The notes under the pieces were generated by a model. That model did no database searches, was not told the origin of the DNA, and saw only the letters and a program-made list of their open reading frames with translations. DNA of 64,000 nucleotides from Hydrolagus affinis (taxonomy: Eukaryota). The position numbers and the translations under genes were made by a program. The stretch covers positions 1 to 64,000 of the forward strand of contig JAAILG010000246.1 in the NCBI GenBank assembly GCA_012026655.1, written 5' to 3'. Shown here piece after piece: positions 11,945-25,350 of this stretch (position 1 is its first letter; each line of letters opens with the position of its first letter).

Positions 11945-12190
11945 AAATATTTGTTGCACTCGATCTGGTGCCTGGCTATACTTTGGGGGTGAATACGGCA
12001 TCGAATTTGTGCACAGCAATATCCTACAACCATGGTGTGAGTGATCAAGTTACTTTACTTAGCAGATTTGATGGCCAAGACACCGGGATGAACCCCCTTC
12101 CCTTTTCACATAGTGCAATGGGAACTTTAATGTCCAGCAGGACAGACCGACTGGACCTCAGTTTGACATCTCACCTGAAGGACACTGTAG
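11945..12190 (-). mobile_element. Deu-domain SINE (SacSINE1/AmnSINE1-like), decayed
   Basis: aatttgtgcacagcaatatcc...ggccaagacaccggga...atagtgcaatgggaactttaatgtcca...cctcagtttgacatctcacctgaa is the reverse complement of the Deu core seen at 14275-14706 and 55900-56150. Confidence 0.75.
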
Positions 12191-13238
12191 GCTCTTCTTA
12201 CAACATGAAGGGTTGGTATTCAGAAACAATTAGATCAAATGAACCAACGAGTTTTCTTCAACTGAACCTCTCTTGTGATCTTATGAGCTCTGTGTATCGA
12301 CATATCTGGAAGAGGCCTCTAACTTTGTAAGAAGATTTCAAGCAACACGAATACTTTAATTATCCTTCACTTTTGCACAGTTGATTAATTTTTCAATGAA
12401 AAGATTAAGAAACGATGAACTGAACATGTAAGCGGGGTGAGTGCCCCACTCTAATTCCAATGTGAAATATTCCTGAATAATGACATTCTCAATTTCAATC
12501 CCAAGCGTTAAAGTAATTTTTTGGACAAAAAATTGATTGTGATTTGATATATTTGGTATTAAAACGGCTTATTATTCATCCAGTTTCTCTTGGTTTTTAT
12601 CACTGTTAACACCGTCTCTTGCCCAGGAAAAGCTTATAGAGAAGTAAATGGGTTTTTTTCTGACAAAAGTATCCCTCTGAAAGAAAAGGGTTAAAAGCAT
12701 TAGCTTAAGTGCATTTAATCACTGTTGACATACTGTAATTTTTTCGGGCATCATAATACGGACGATTTTCTTCTGCTTTGCAAAACATTAAAATATAGTG
12801 GTTGAATAATTTACTCTCGTCTAATTCCGCATGTCAAATTTTTACATCTCTTTAGCCAACCTTTCCTGAACCAGTGACTGTGTTTGTGTGCTAAGTGGTA
12901 TTTGTGGATGTGAACTTGAATTGTCTCAAAAGTGTCCGTTTAGCTACAGCATTTTTAGAGAGTCTTCACTGAACGCCACTGCACTGGACAATGCCCTAGG
13001 ATCACACAAAGCTGTAACACTTGTTACTTTAAATCCTGGGCTGGATTATTCAGATGGATGTACTACACACTTGCCTGTTTTATATAGTAGGGATAAAATC
13101 TACCAAGTGAAACCACGTTAGGAGTTCTTTCCAGACCAGGTTATGAACAGTAGACTGGTGCTTCACGTGATGCAACACAAATTTGGGCTCTCCCCTGGAA
13201 TGGCCAGAATAAAGAACTGTGTTGATTTGGCAGAATTA

Positions 13239-13356
13239 TAATAATAATAATCCCTGCACTGGATATAATGCCTTAGTGCCTTATCCTGTCATCAAAACGT
13301 CTCAAAGCACTTCACAGGATATTACTGTAAAGTGTAGTGACTGCATATTTGAAGGC
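13239..13356 (-). mobile_element. SINE 3' fragment
   Basis: (ata)n tccctgcactggatata...aacgtctcaaagcacttcacagga...aaagtgtagtgactgcatatttgaaggc, similar to the 51053-51155 region. Confidence 0.75.
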
Positions 13357-14274
13357 ACCTTGTCTTCTATTCCTGATTTTCTTTACTTCTCAGAGTAGGG
13401 TTGCAACATGACCTACCACCCATAAGACATGGTTCAATTCCTACCCTCAGCATTCCTGTCAAATATTTATAGAATGTATTGAAATAAATATATATAGTAT
13501 ATTTACATTTACATTTTGGTCATATCATGAGCTGAATCATTGGGTTGGACATCCAGTCACCACTTTGCTGCTGTCAATACTCAGATTCTGACATAAATAA
13601 CTGTAAAATTGCAGAAAATAGACACTAAAGTGTTCTCAATCAGGCCTGCACCTTTTGTGTTCTGGATGTGCATGTGTATAAACAGTAAAAAAAAATCCAA
13701 ATCCTTTTTGTCTCTGCACCATTAACAAACCCAACACACTTGGTAACAGCAAATAAATGCATCAGTGAAGCAACGGCAGTAAAGACATTACACCAGCAGA
13801 TAACTCACTATCCTTTCAATTGTGCTGGAGAAAATGCCTCATTGGTGAAATGAATATTAATCGGTAAATTAATCTTCTGTATCCTCTGGCAATATTATCT
13901 TCAGAATGTGCTACCAGCTCAACATGTGCAGTACATAAGGCAAGATAAAAGATCCTCAGTCGCTATCTAAGAATAACTCTTACCAAGAACTTTTTGAATA
14001 ATTGATCTCAGAACAAATATTCCCTCCAAAGAAACATTGCAATCCAAATGCCACTAAATGCTTCACTATCATTTCATGTTTGGCAAGATCTTAACTGTGC
14101 TTACAGAATCCCTAGGACTTTGCCTTAAATATAAGTTTTCTTTTAAAGTTGTTAGAGCTCATCAGTAAAACTGAAATTGGCAAATAAACAGAATTTTATA
14201 ATATTGTTTCAAATCTCATGCCTTGATCCCTTCGCTTTTGAGTTGGTTTCAGGATCAGACATCATGGTGTTAGC

Positions 14275-14706
14275 CTTTAGCACTCTCACCTTTGAGTTAC
14301 AAAGTTGCTACTTCAAGCCCTGTGCCAAGACTTTGAGCTTTTGGTGTAGGCTGGCACACCAGTGCAGTGCCGGGAGAGTGCCCCATTATTTGAGGCTCAC
14401 TCTTTTAGATCAAACGTTAAACTATGGTTCCATCTGCCTGTTCAGGTGGATGTAAAGATTTCCATGGCCCTATTTAAAATGAGAAGGGAGTTTTTTTGTT
14501 ACAGTGTCCTGGTCACTCCCCTCCCTCCCCCATAAGTGTAATTATTCATGCCTTGGCTTTGTTGTGGGATATTGCTGTGTACAAATTGACTGTCACGTTC
14601 ACCCACAAAAAATATGCAGTCACTACATTCTATAATAAATCATGTGAAATACTTCAAGATGTCTTGACAGTGGTAAGGCTACATATCAAATTTAAAGATT
14701 ATTATA
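14275..14706 (+). mobile_element. Near full-length Deu-domain SINE
   Basis: Decayed tRNA-like head (agcactctcacctttgag...ttcaagccc), Deu core (aggctggcacaccagtgcagtg...aacgttaaac...ctgcctgttcaggtggatgtaaaga...ccatggccctatt...gtgtcctggtca), tgtgggatattgctgtgtacaaattg, and tail atatcaaatttaaagattattat. Confidence 0.8.
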
Positions 14707-15275
14707 ATTTCCCCTCAATGTGCAGCCATGGCATATCTTTTGGGAGTGGAGATTGTTTCACATTTGAAAATCCACTATTTCTCTTCCCTTCATGTATGAA
14801 ACATTTGATATTCTGTAGCATTAGAACATGGATTTTCTCTGCAAGAATCAAAATATTGTACTGAACAATAGGACAAAGACTGGTTCTTTTATTAATAGCA
14901 TTCATTAGAAAAACTGAGATTCTAACCGTTGTATTTTAATCATTCATGCTGAGCACCAAAGGTTTTAACTCTATTAGAGAGTTGGCCGCTCTCCCAGATC
15001 TTTAATAAGTTTAAAGATGAACTAGTATTTGGCATCCATATTGATGCTTTGGACATGGGCTTAGGTGTGCATGAACAAAGCTCTACCTTGCTTTGTCTGT
15101 GTGCCGGGGTAAGAGCAATCAGGAACCTGGAGAACAACTGCAGTCTGCCAAATCCATATCGGTGAAGCCTACATGCAGCATTGAACCAGTGTCCTTATCT
15201 AATATATCTAGCTGTTGTATTAATAAATCAAGGAAGAATCTAGAAAAACTAGCTGGAACCAAAATCTTTCTGTCT

Positions 15276-15325
15276 CGTTCTCCTGATGTGAACGGCGCTC
15301 TATAAATGTAATTTGGTTATTGTTG
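15276..15325 (+). mobile_element. Short (GTT)n-type retro-tail insertion
   Basis: cgttctcctgatgtgaacggcgctctataaatgtaatttggttattgttg, the same family as 36725, 46012, 46768 and 63049. Confidence 0.7.
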
Positions 15326-16505
15326 TTTCTGCAGATGTGTTTAGTTAATGGAATGGTTTAAATCAGTCACATTGAAAACAATTCAGTACCAATAAGCTGT
15401 GTGGTCCATCCCAGCCTCAATCTAAAATAGCATCATGGCCTAAATTGATCCACAGGCAGGGTCAAGCTTAAATCCTGACAGAGCCCTCAATAGCCCAAAG
15501 TCCCCATGACCTATATGCACCTCCAGCAGGCAACCTCACCATAAATGTCTCTTATTTTAACTCCAGTTTCAGTATCTCTTTTTAAGTTTCACTGCGTTCT
15601 CAAAACCTTAATCAAGATTCATACTTCCTTCTTTTACTGGTTTTACAGAAAAGCAGAATATAATTTGGGACATCAGTAAAATCAGTGAAGAAACTAATCT
15701 TGTGTTACTTTAAGTCTAACAATTTTAAAGGAAACAGTCTGTGTGAATGGAAAGGACTGTATCTTGTATCGAACAAGTTTTTGTTGTGTTTCGGGGGTGG
15801 CAGTTTTGTTTCGATAAAGGTGAATAATTCAACAAATCAGATGAAGTGGGAACTTATTTCTTTGTATGGACTCCTGGATGCATCACAACTGTGTTGCCTC
15901 CGAAGATAGAAAGCACTATGTCTACCAGTGATCTGATGACCCCAGTCTTTACTGTGCGATGTTGATGATTGGATTGGAAATGCAAATAACAGTCACTATG
16001 TGTGCTTTTGCTATAGACTCCAAGTTCCAACAAACAATTGTATCCCTTGTTCACAGCCATAAGAAATGTCTTGTCAGGAAAGGCTGAATGATTAAAATAC
16101 TGTACAACAGTTGGAATCTCAGTTTTTCTAATGAATGTTATTAATAAAGGGACATGATTTGTTCTATCGCTCAATACTGCAATACAAAAAAAGACATTCT
16201 AGTGTTGCAGAATATCACGTTTCATACACTGTAGATGGTGAGGAAGCTGTGAGCAACAAAATTCAGTGGCTTAAATTGAGGATCCATTAAGATGACAAAC
16301 ACAAACAATTTGCTAAATTTATAGCATATTGTATACAGATGGACAATATTTCTCCTTGTTGTGCTATATAAATCTCAGGTACAAAGAATAGAGTAAAATC
16401 TCTCAACCTTTTATGCTTGTGCAGTTAATGCCGGTTGATGTTCTGATGATTTATAGTGGGTACACAGGCACTTATACCAGCAGCTTATTTATTATCTACC
16501 TGAAG

Positions 16506-17180
16506 GTATGATCATCAATACTGCACATCATCCTGATACTCAATTCCTCTGTTATCCAGTAGGAATCCACTCAAAACTTGCTAGGTAGGCAAAGATAAGA
16601 GGACTAGTCTGGCTTAAGCAGCTAAAACATGATTTTCAGTTGCTCTGCAGCAGTTGAGAAATTGCAAATTAATCAGAAATGTGCTGCCATTTGATATTTA
16701 GACAGACACAAGGCTGGAGAATGGAAGCATTGTCCACCATCACCAAGAAGCATGCCAAGGAGCAGAAGTCAACATGATTTGTCTTGTCGTCTTAATCCAC
16801 AGTGGTGCTGCACATTGGGTGCCAAATCGTTGCCAAAATTGTGTCAATTCACAAGCAAAGGTATAACTACCATACAACGTAAATGTAGGATTTGTTTTCA
16901 CTAAACAAGTAAGTATGAACCAAGGCATAAAAGATATCTTTATTTCAGGCTGTGTCTCTTAAAGATCACAAACGGGGGAAACAAAAATGATAGTCATTAT
17001 CAGGAACACTGGCAAAAGTACTGTGCTTTCTCAACTGCTGGAGAGCAAACTGAAAATCTTGTTTTAGCTGCTTAAGCCAGACTAGTCCTCTTATCTTTCC
17101 CTACCTAGCAAGTTTTGAGTGGATTCCTGCTGGATAACAGAGGGATTGAGTATCAGGATGATGTGCAGTATTGATCTCCC
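16506..17180. mobile_element. Long-inverted-repeat element (MITE/foldback-like), possible 8-bp TSD
   Basis: Arms 16514-16661 and 17027-17175 are reverse complements with 5 substitutions and 1 indel by manual alignment. ACCTGAAG flanks both sides (16498-16505, 17181-17188). Confidence 0.65.
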
Positions 17181-17299
17181 ACCTGAAGATTTTCCTCTTC
17201 GACTGTGCTGATGGCTACCCCGCCACCCCCACAGGTTCGGTGTCAAACTCCACACTGTTAATACACTACCCTGCATGGAGGGAGGCTACCTAAGTGCAA

Positions 17300-17552
17300 C
17301 TTGTTGTTGATTCCAGACAGGGGGAAACCTTGGGTAAGTTTCCTTACTCCACACGCCTGATAATAATCCCTCAAAAAACACAATAATAATTTGGTGCCTC
17401 AATCCACGACTGTTTGTGGGACATTGCTGTGCGTTTCACCCACATATATACATATATACAGTCAATTCATTTCACATTATATTCCGTGAAGCGCTTTGAG
17501 ACATTTAGAAGACGTGAAAAGTGTTGTATCAAATGCAAGGATTACTATTATT
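17300..17552 (+). mobile_element. tRNA-derived SINE (head largely lost)
   Basis: aaaccttgggtaagtttccttactccacacgcctgataataatccctca...tcaatccacgactg...gaagcgctttgagacatttagaagacgtgaaaag...atcaaatgcaaggattactattatt is colinear with the reverse complement of 51053-51300. Confidence 0.9.
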
Positions 17553-20500
17553 GTTTTACAGAATTCCGTTTGAGACAGCCACAATGAGTGAATACTAAGT
17601 GCAAAAGCCACCAGGCATTGGAGGCAACTACCTCCATCCCTATCCCAGAGTCACTGAATTGGGCTAATGTGTAAGACAATACTCTTGAGCTTCATCAATT
17701 CAGCGATGCACTCTCCATTCCCCCCACCCCCAAACACTAAAACAATCAGTAAACAATGAACGGTCAGAAATTTCTATTTTTCTTCAAAAAATGTAAAACA
17801 TTTATGTTAAATATATACACAGTATATACATATCAGGATCTACATTTGTTACTAACAATCCAGTCACTAACAGTATAATGTTGTGACATGTCCACTTCAA
17901 TGCTAAAACACCAAAAACCTCATTACTCTTATACAGAGTGACATTTATGCATCAGTGTCACTGACAGTTGAGAGTTCAGAGATCTGTCCATGCACAGCGC
18001 CATTTTTAATTATGATTTTTACATAACTTATTCCCTTAAAATTACCTCTGTTCCTTGTTTCAGTTATGTTTGAGGCCTTTATTGCTAAAAGCTGTTTTCT
18101 TCCTCTTTTTCCCATCCCCATGTCTTCATTTAATTTGAAGACACAAACAGTTTTATCCCGTGACTCTTACAATGTTACTGATAAGAAATCTCTTGCCACA
18201 AATGTAGAGCAAATAAGGGGATGCCGATCAATCGAAGTTCAGTTCATATTCTTTAGATCAAAATTTGAGTAAATTTGCTTTTCTATATATTTTTCACCAT
18301 CTCAGTTGAATATGTGTCAGACCAGATCAACATTGTTCACGGCAGCACCACAAGATAAATAAATAAATAATGCATACATGGACTATTTCATCTTATTCCT
18401 TAACTCCGTCTGAGATATATTTCTTTCTCTTTCCCCTTCCTCATATTTGACTTATCTTTAATCCTTTCTATCCCTTAACCACCCTCCGCTTCATCCCCTC
18501 ATAACATTTACAAGTCACTGGCACATATGTCTTGTTTGTAAGCCTTGCATTTTCAGAGCTGCTTAGTTTTGTACCCAAGCCACATTACAGTCAGCAATGC
18601 CACCTGGGCCTAGTGAAAAGCTTAGCCAGTAGTAATGCCTACGGTATATATGACTGTAACACCTTAAGGTCAAAGGTTTGTTCCAATTATTATAAATCCA
18701 ATGGATAATGTAATAAGCAAGATTAAAGTAGCCTTTACATCACTGTGGAACAGAATTAAAAAATAACATCTGCTAACTTTTCACTGCCAAGGAAGGATGC
18801 TGCAGGTAGCTAACACATTGGACTTTGGAAGAGCAGATAGTAGGGACACCCTGCTGCCTGCTCGTACAGGTCAGAGCAACAGCTTGGCAAATGTCAGAGG
18901 GCATGGTGTATGTGGTGATGATTGGTCAATGAAAGACATTACTTTGAGCGTAGAAACAGAAAATAAGCAATATGTTTGGAATTAAGGCCAGGAATGACGG
19001 GTAAAATGCATAAGAAGCTTTACGGGAGCTTTGTGAACCTGTTTCATATTTGCTTTTAGCAAACAGGGCTGTGCTGTGGCTCTGGCAGGCTGGCATTAGG
19101 CAGGCAGAATAACAAATCCCAATGCATATTCAAATTAGTCCAACCCTCAGATTGCTGAGTCCATGCCAGATGTTGTCTGTGCCTCATTCACTGCACATGT
19201 GTCACATTACACAAAAACCAGATAATCATTACCGATGATTATAAGAGACACCATGTCCAGTCATCATATCACTTACATTTATGCAGAACATTTGTGACAG
19301 GGGTTGAAGGGAACAGAATGCAGCTGTCCAACATGAACTCCCTTTCAAAATAATCAAATAAAATGGCCTGCTGCTCACTGACAGACACAGAACTCTGAGC
19401 AGCAGCTGTAGATTTTTTTTAAAAAGGCAATCACCAATTATGGCATCACGTATGTGATTAGGACAAAAATTGCAGCAAGGCTTTTAATTTTGTCAGGCAA
19501 GAGAGATATGCAGCTTAACCTGCTCATCAGATCATATTCGACTTCATCTTCTATCCGCTAACTGCACTCCACAACTCAATGCAATTGCCTCAGAAGAAGG
19601 CAGGCACGTTGCAGGCAAACTGACATCATGTAATTTGTCTGTAAACTCTATTGTTTCTGGTAGAAAAAAAATATATGGTCATCGAGGGGCAGGAGTGAGG
19701 GGGTGGGGAGGAAATGGGGATGGGGGGGAGAATCATCTTCCTCCCCAAATTAAATTACAACAATTCCAGAAACTGGAAATATTAATGAAATATTTTTGGA
19801 GAGAAAGATGCCAGCTGGGTCTACATGTACTCTATGTGACATTTCAGAGGTTCCAGAATTTGGCGAATTCTTAAACACAGCCTGCATTTTTAAACTGGTT
19901 TTGTGTAAGTTATTTTGAGAAGAGACAGAAAATCAACAAGGTTAAAATGAATTTCAACAATTTGTCGGATGCTGTATGTAATAAAATGGTGTGTGAACAG
20001 AATAAACGTAGTCCCAAAATAAATTTCTCTCTTATAGTTTCAACAACTTTTGATTATTGGCATGATTAACTCTTTCGGTTCAAGAAACGAGTTTCCTCAA
20101 AACGTATCTCGCTGCAGTTTATCAAATTCATCCATTGTGCATGGGAATTATTTTTAAAATAAATATTTTTTCTGTAGTATTTTCTTCAGTTACATAATTT
20201 TGAATACTAAAATCTATTAAATCTTTGGGGAAAGCAGTCAGATTGTCAATTCTTCGTCAATTTGGAAAATGAATTAATTTATTCCCATTTGTATATTCTT
20301 TACAGCACAAGTCAAAGAGCGCACATGAATGAGGGTTTGTTTTCCTCCTTGCCTTGAAATGAAATCCATTTACAATCACTATATTTTAACCCATTCACAT
20401 AGACAGTGCCAAATGCAACCAGCACAAAATTTACCAAAGTAGCTATAAATGGCTTACATATTTTGCATTAAATATACTTTCAAAAATGCACCTAATTTCA

Positions 20501-21534
20501 GTTTAATATCATTTCAGAATGCAGTTGTCAAAATGATTCTCTTTTATTCTCTTTGGTGGTGGTTTTACTGCCTTTTTGTGCCCATTGCATAAAGAGTTTA
20601 AAACCTCTATCTGTTGGACTGGAGGAAGTTGTTGATAAAATGCTTCAATGAAAGTTGGCTATAACAATCTTTCAGTGACATGACATCAAAGGTTCTGCAT
20701 AGTTAATGTTAAATTTATCCACAAATTAATTACTTTTAGAATTGATGTGCAGAACATAATGATAAGCAATTTGTTTGTATAATATTGAAAAAAGGGCTTG
20801 CTGCTTTTAGTTACATTACATTAATCAAAAATGTAAACTCCATTCTGTGCAATCTGTTCTACGCTGTTTTTCCAATAATTTTGGTAACGTAATTTGAATT
20901 ATGACGCCATTCTGAGGGGAAAATTAATAGTTTTAATTATTTAATTTCTATTCATTACAAATATAATGCAACATTCAGCCACAAAAAGGTTTTATGGGGA
21001 AACTAATAAACGCTGCCCATTGTAACCTCAGCAGAGCTGGAGGATTTAATTCCTCGCCAACCCCCACCCCCCAAACAATCATTTTACATTAAAAAATCTT
21101 CGGTGACAAAGGATGTTGCTCAAATTGATCACATTTGAGTGGGGATATTGTACACAGTGCACTTTTGTTAAATAAAACTGATTTTGAATATTGGCTGTTT
21201 CAATCTGAAATGCAGCACATTTTGTAAAGGCTTCATAACTATCAAACGTTGCTGAGTCTATACTGAGTACGTATTCATTGTTGGATAGAGATTGAACAAT
21301 ACAAGACTGATGCGGACCAAAGCACTGCTGATTTTGTTTAATTATTTCTAAAGAAATTTGAATTTTCAGTACTTCTGAAACTTTGTTCAACTTGAGTATT
21401 GATTTAGTGCAAATATTCTTAAAGGAGACCTACCCGTGTTTCAGAATATTTAATATCCTGAGTTATATGCAATTAGAGAGGTATTTTGGAACCTATACTA
21501 TATGAATAAAAGTGAACTAGTTACACTGAACCTT

Positions 21535-21575
21535 GTGAAGAGATGAGAATAAAGCGTGAAGAGATGAGAATAAAG
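21535..21575. repeat. Tandem duplication of GTGAAGAGATGAGAATAAAG
   Basis: Two exact 20-bp copies, 21535-21554 and 21556-21575. Confidence 0.9.
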
Positions 21576-24439
21576 AATCCTAATAATTGCTACTGTATTC
21601 TCTGAATGGTGTGAAACTTTTGACCTCTTCATATGATCTAAGATAATACAAAATTATGCAAAATTACAAGTGTTTTTCTGTATTTAAATGTGTTTCATAC
21701 TGAGAATAATAAAATAAAGTTTTAATTATAATTTTTCTAGATTACATCAGTCACAATAATATGCTTCAAATGAAAGGATGATCCTTTCTTTGAAATATAC
21801 GTTTGAAGCAATATAGATGCTGTGTATAAAGTTACGATTTTACGAAGCATCGAATGCTTATGCAGAATTAAAAGTAATGATTTTTAGGGATGTTTTTACA
21901 AATAGAATTGCTATACTTTATAAAAATAAACATGTAATATATCTAATGCCTGCACACATTCAGCTACTGTATTAATAAACTGGATATATTTTCTGAAACA
22001 AAAATGTATTATAACTTTAATATTGATATACTATATCCACATAATTGATTCAACACATGAAAAACTTAAGTTTAAAAGTACTATATGAAGCAGAAATGAA
22101 TGCTTGTTGGAGACCTCTCACTTTCATATTAATTTATAGAATGTTGGTATTCTGCAGCACAATTGTTGCTTATTTTATCTTGTTTGGATGTTGTAATGTT
22201 TTTACATCATTTCATAGCCACAGTTTAATTCATATTATACTATCATGTTATTAGAAGGCTGGATATAAAAAGCAGGGCTGCTGCATGTGTGCAAATCAGC
22301 CAATGTCACTCTTGTCAAGATATAATGAATAGAGTGGAAACATGATCACATCTCATGGGTACATCATTACCATCACTACAGATGGGCATTTTTATACTGC
22401 AAAGCATATAAGCAACTTTAAAACATAATATTTCTATATCATTTTTAATAAATTATTTTATAATATTACTGTTTCCTCTGCATTGCATACAAACACTGGT
22501 TGACTCTGTATTGAACTAATTAAGAACTTGTATAAAATCTGTCAAGAAAATACTTCTTTGGTGGTTAATAAGGTAACTATGGTTGACTAATTTCGTATTT
22601 TAAACAATCCAAAATAATAAGCAGAAATGGCACTGATCAGGGTTTGAAATCTATGCAATAAATATTTTTTGACTAAAAAGTCGCTATTAATCAATAACTA
22701 TGGTAATTCTAATATAAACAACCTTATCAATAGCTATCATTAGAATGCAGAAGAAGACCTTTCAAAAGGCCCGCAAACATTGTTTAAATAATAATGGGTC
22801 CTGATGGAATATGTTATTGAGTTATCAATGCACGTTCACCATTTATTCTACAATAGATTTTCTTCATTTCCTTGTATAAAACAGTGGGCAAAGCAGAAAC
22901 CTGACAGTTGGTCCATTTGCACGTTAGGCAAACGATGATTACTTTTATTTGATCTTGTGTCAAAATTCTGTGGTTCAAAGTAGAATTATCAGGTTTACGC
23001 AATTGATTATTTTTCACATTTTCACCAATTGAACACATGTATTGTTAAATGGAACTACGTATTGAAGCCAGTGAACATGTTTATCTGTTTATAGGCAAAA
23101 TACTATATGATGTACTCAATGCCAATTTAGTATACATATAGTAGCTGTTTCTATCTGATAAGAAAATCACATGTCTGTAATATATTATAATTTGTATTGT
23201 TTAAAAATAAAGCAAATCATATTTCTATAATCTTTGGAGGGAAGCAGTGATCAAAGAGTTTTATTAATCATATATTAAAAATTATAATACATTCCTATTA
23301 GCATAAACCTTGTTACCTAAGATTTGGTAATCATTAATATTTTAAACAATACAAATTAAATATGTTTATGCAATTTAGTCGATGTCTTTATAATTACTGA
23401 TGTTGTAAGTAAAGTACTGTATTACTTTGCTTTAGTTTGACCTCTTTCAAATGGCAATTTTCTGGTTACAACTCATTTCACTTCATATAGTGGTGTAGAT
23501 TTTCTTTGTACAATTCCCTGATAGCACAATTTTATAGTTTTCCTATTAATAGTGAATACATATCAAATATTTCAAACATTTGAATAACTACCACAAAGAG
23601 CATTACAATAAAGGTAGGGGATGTATTCTAGAATATTTCCAAATGAAAAGTCAGTTTTAAAACTGTCTTTCATAGATGATACATATTGTATGATATACTA
23701 ATTAGGTTATATAATGCACATTAGTTCATCATTTCTATGAATAAAACTGACATTCTTCTTAGATCAGAAAACTTAAAAGTGAAAGAAAGATAACATTTAA
23801 ACAACAATCAAAAATATTATTTACACATACTCTTTCAAGAGACAGTATAATATTTAAGCATTCGGTACTTTCATAGCCTTGCTATTGTACTAACAAATTA
23901 AGCCACTTTATGCTGATAATTATTTATATTAATTGATTCAAAATGTCTTGACTGAATTGTTTAAATAGTTACTTAAATTTGCTCTTCTGGAGATATAAAT
24001 CATTTGTTTGGTAAATTTGGTGCCTTGTTTCCAGTTTGTATTTATAATAATCTATTGATTTGTTCAGATAAAAGAAATACATTTCTGAATATAGAAGTCA
24101 CTGGTAACACTCAGCAGATTAGTCAGTAGTTTTTGCTGTAACCTTAAACAGGCATAATAAAATGTAGTATTGTGCTTTATTAAAAATATAAAGCACAATG
24201 ATTTATAATAATCATAAAACTATTACCAACCCAAAGAACTTGAAGTAGCACAATAACTTCTGAAGAAGTTGAAAAAAGAAGATTTAGTTTTTTTGCAGTT
24301 AAATACCGAGAGAAAAAAAGTGTTTCTCTTAGTAAGTGTCACAATAGCCTTTATTTTCAGCCAACGTCATCCGATCAAAGTATTTTAAAAATAATAAGAA
24401 ACAAAAGACTCAGCAGTTTGAAACAGATTAAATATCAGT

Positions 24440-25350
24440 TTGAGGAGCATTTCCCTGACATCCAAGGAATATATTGTCAGGCTCAGTTCAAACATTAATC
24501 ACATATTCTGTGAGATAGGAGCAGTCCTTTTGTTGACCTGCTCTATGTAAACAGGCACTGACATGAAAAAATATATTAAATCCTCAGTGCGTCTGAAGCC
24601 CTTGTGTCTGATGCCTGTCAAATCAGGAGAGATGCCGTTATCAATTGCAGGGAATCAGTGATACTGTTGGCAGAGTGCTCTGCTGCACACATCTCCAGTT
24701 CAGCTCTGGGAGGTGACTGCAACATTAAAGGATGACTCAGTTGCTGGTAAAAAAAAATGAGAATGTATTGTATTCAGCTTTAGTAATTTTTTTTTTGCAA
24801 AATCACAACAAAGCCTAAAGCTTTTGAAATAAACAATTAGCAGAAGGGCTAGGTTTAGCTAGGTTTTTGTTTCCTACCTTTGACACTTTGTGGCTTGGAG
24901 GCATCTTATTTCTCAATCTTTTCAGGACATTTTGAAGGAATTCTTATGTTCATATTTGCACCATTCCATATTTTAGTGACGCTTTGAAATGACTAAAGTA
25001 CCATAGCTGCTGGTGAGGCCTGAGGAATGAGCTATATGCTCCCTTTTTACAGTGCTGGCTTTCTTTCTTCTGCCTGTCCAGTGCAGCGATGTCCCCTTTT
25101 GCCTCACAGAGCAGCTGGACTGTGACCTTCAGGATTTCAGAAAAAAAGCATTCTTTCTGTCCCAGTTTCTCTCCTCCCACTGACACCGTCCCATTCACCA
25201 TTACAGATAACTTCATCTCCAGGATCATTGTATCAAATTCAATGAGTGTTTCTTTAACATAACCTAAACATTGGACATGAAGGTTATGTTTCAATTTGGG
25301 GAAATGGTTGAGGCCTGCAGTGCACAACTGCATAGCTTTGGCAATCTGAA
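24440..25350. promoter_or_regulatory. Candidate conserved non-coding element cluster (may include a cryptic exon at 25002-25345, minus strand)
   Basis: Unique, higher-GC island in very AT-rich, repeat-free surroundings; inverted CCTGACA/TGTCAGG (24454-24481), forkhead GTAAACA, AP-1 TGACTCA, CAGCTG, TGACCT. Conservation cannot be shown from one sequence. Confidence 0.35.

Noticed and set aside
14940-15230. Minus-strand exon candidate (GHWFNAACRLHRYGF...)
   Set aside because: No good polypyrimidine acceptor and no recognisable protein similarity
16818-16844. LF-SINE-like GGGTGCCAAATCGTTGCCAAAATTGTG in the foldback spacer
   Set aside because: Only ~25 bp of gapped similarity to a remembered consensus; flanks do not obviously extend it
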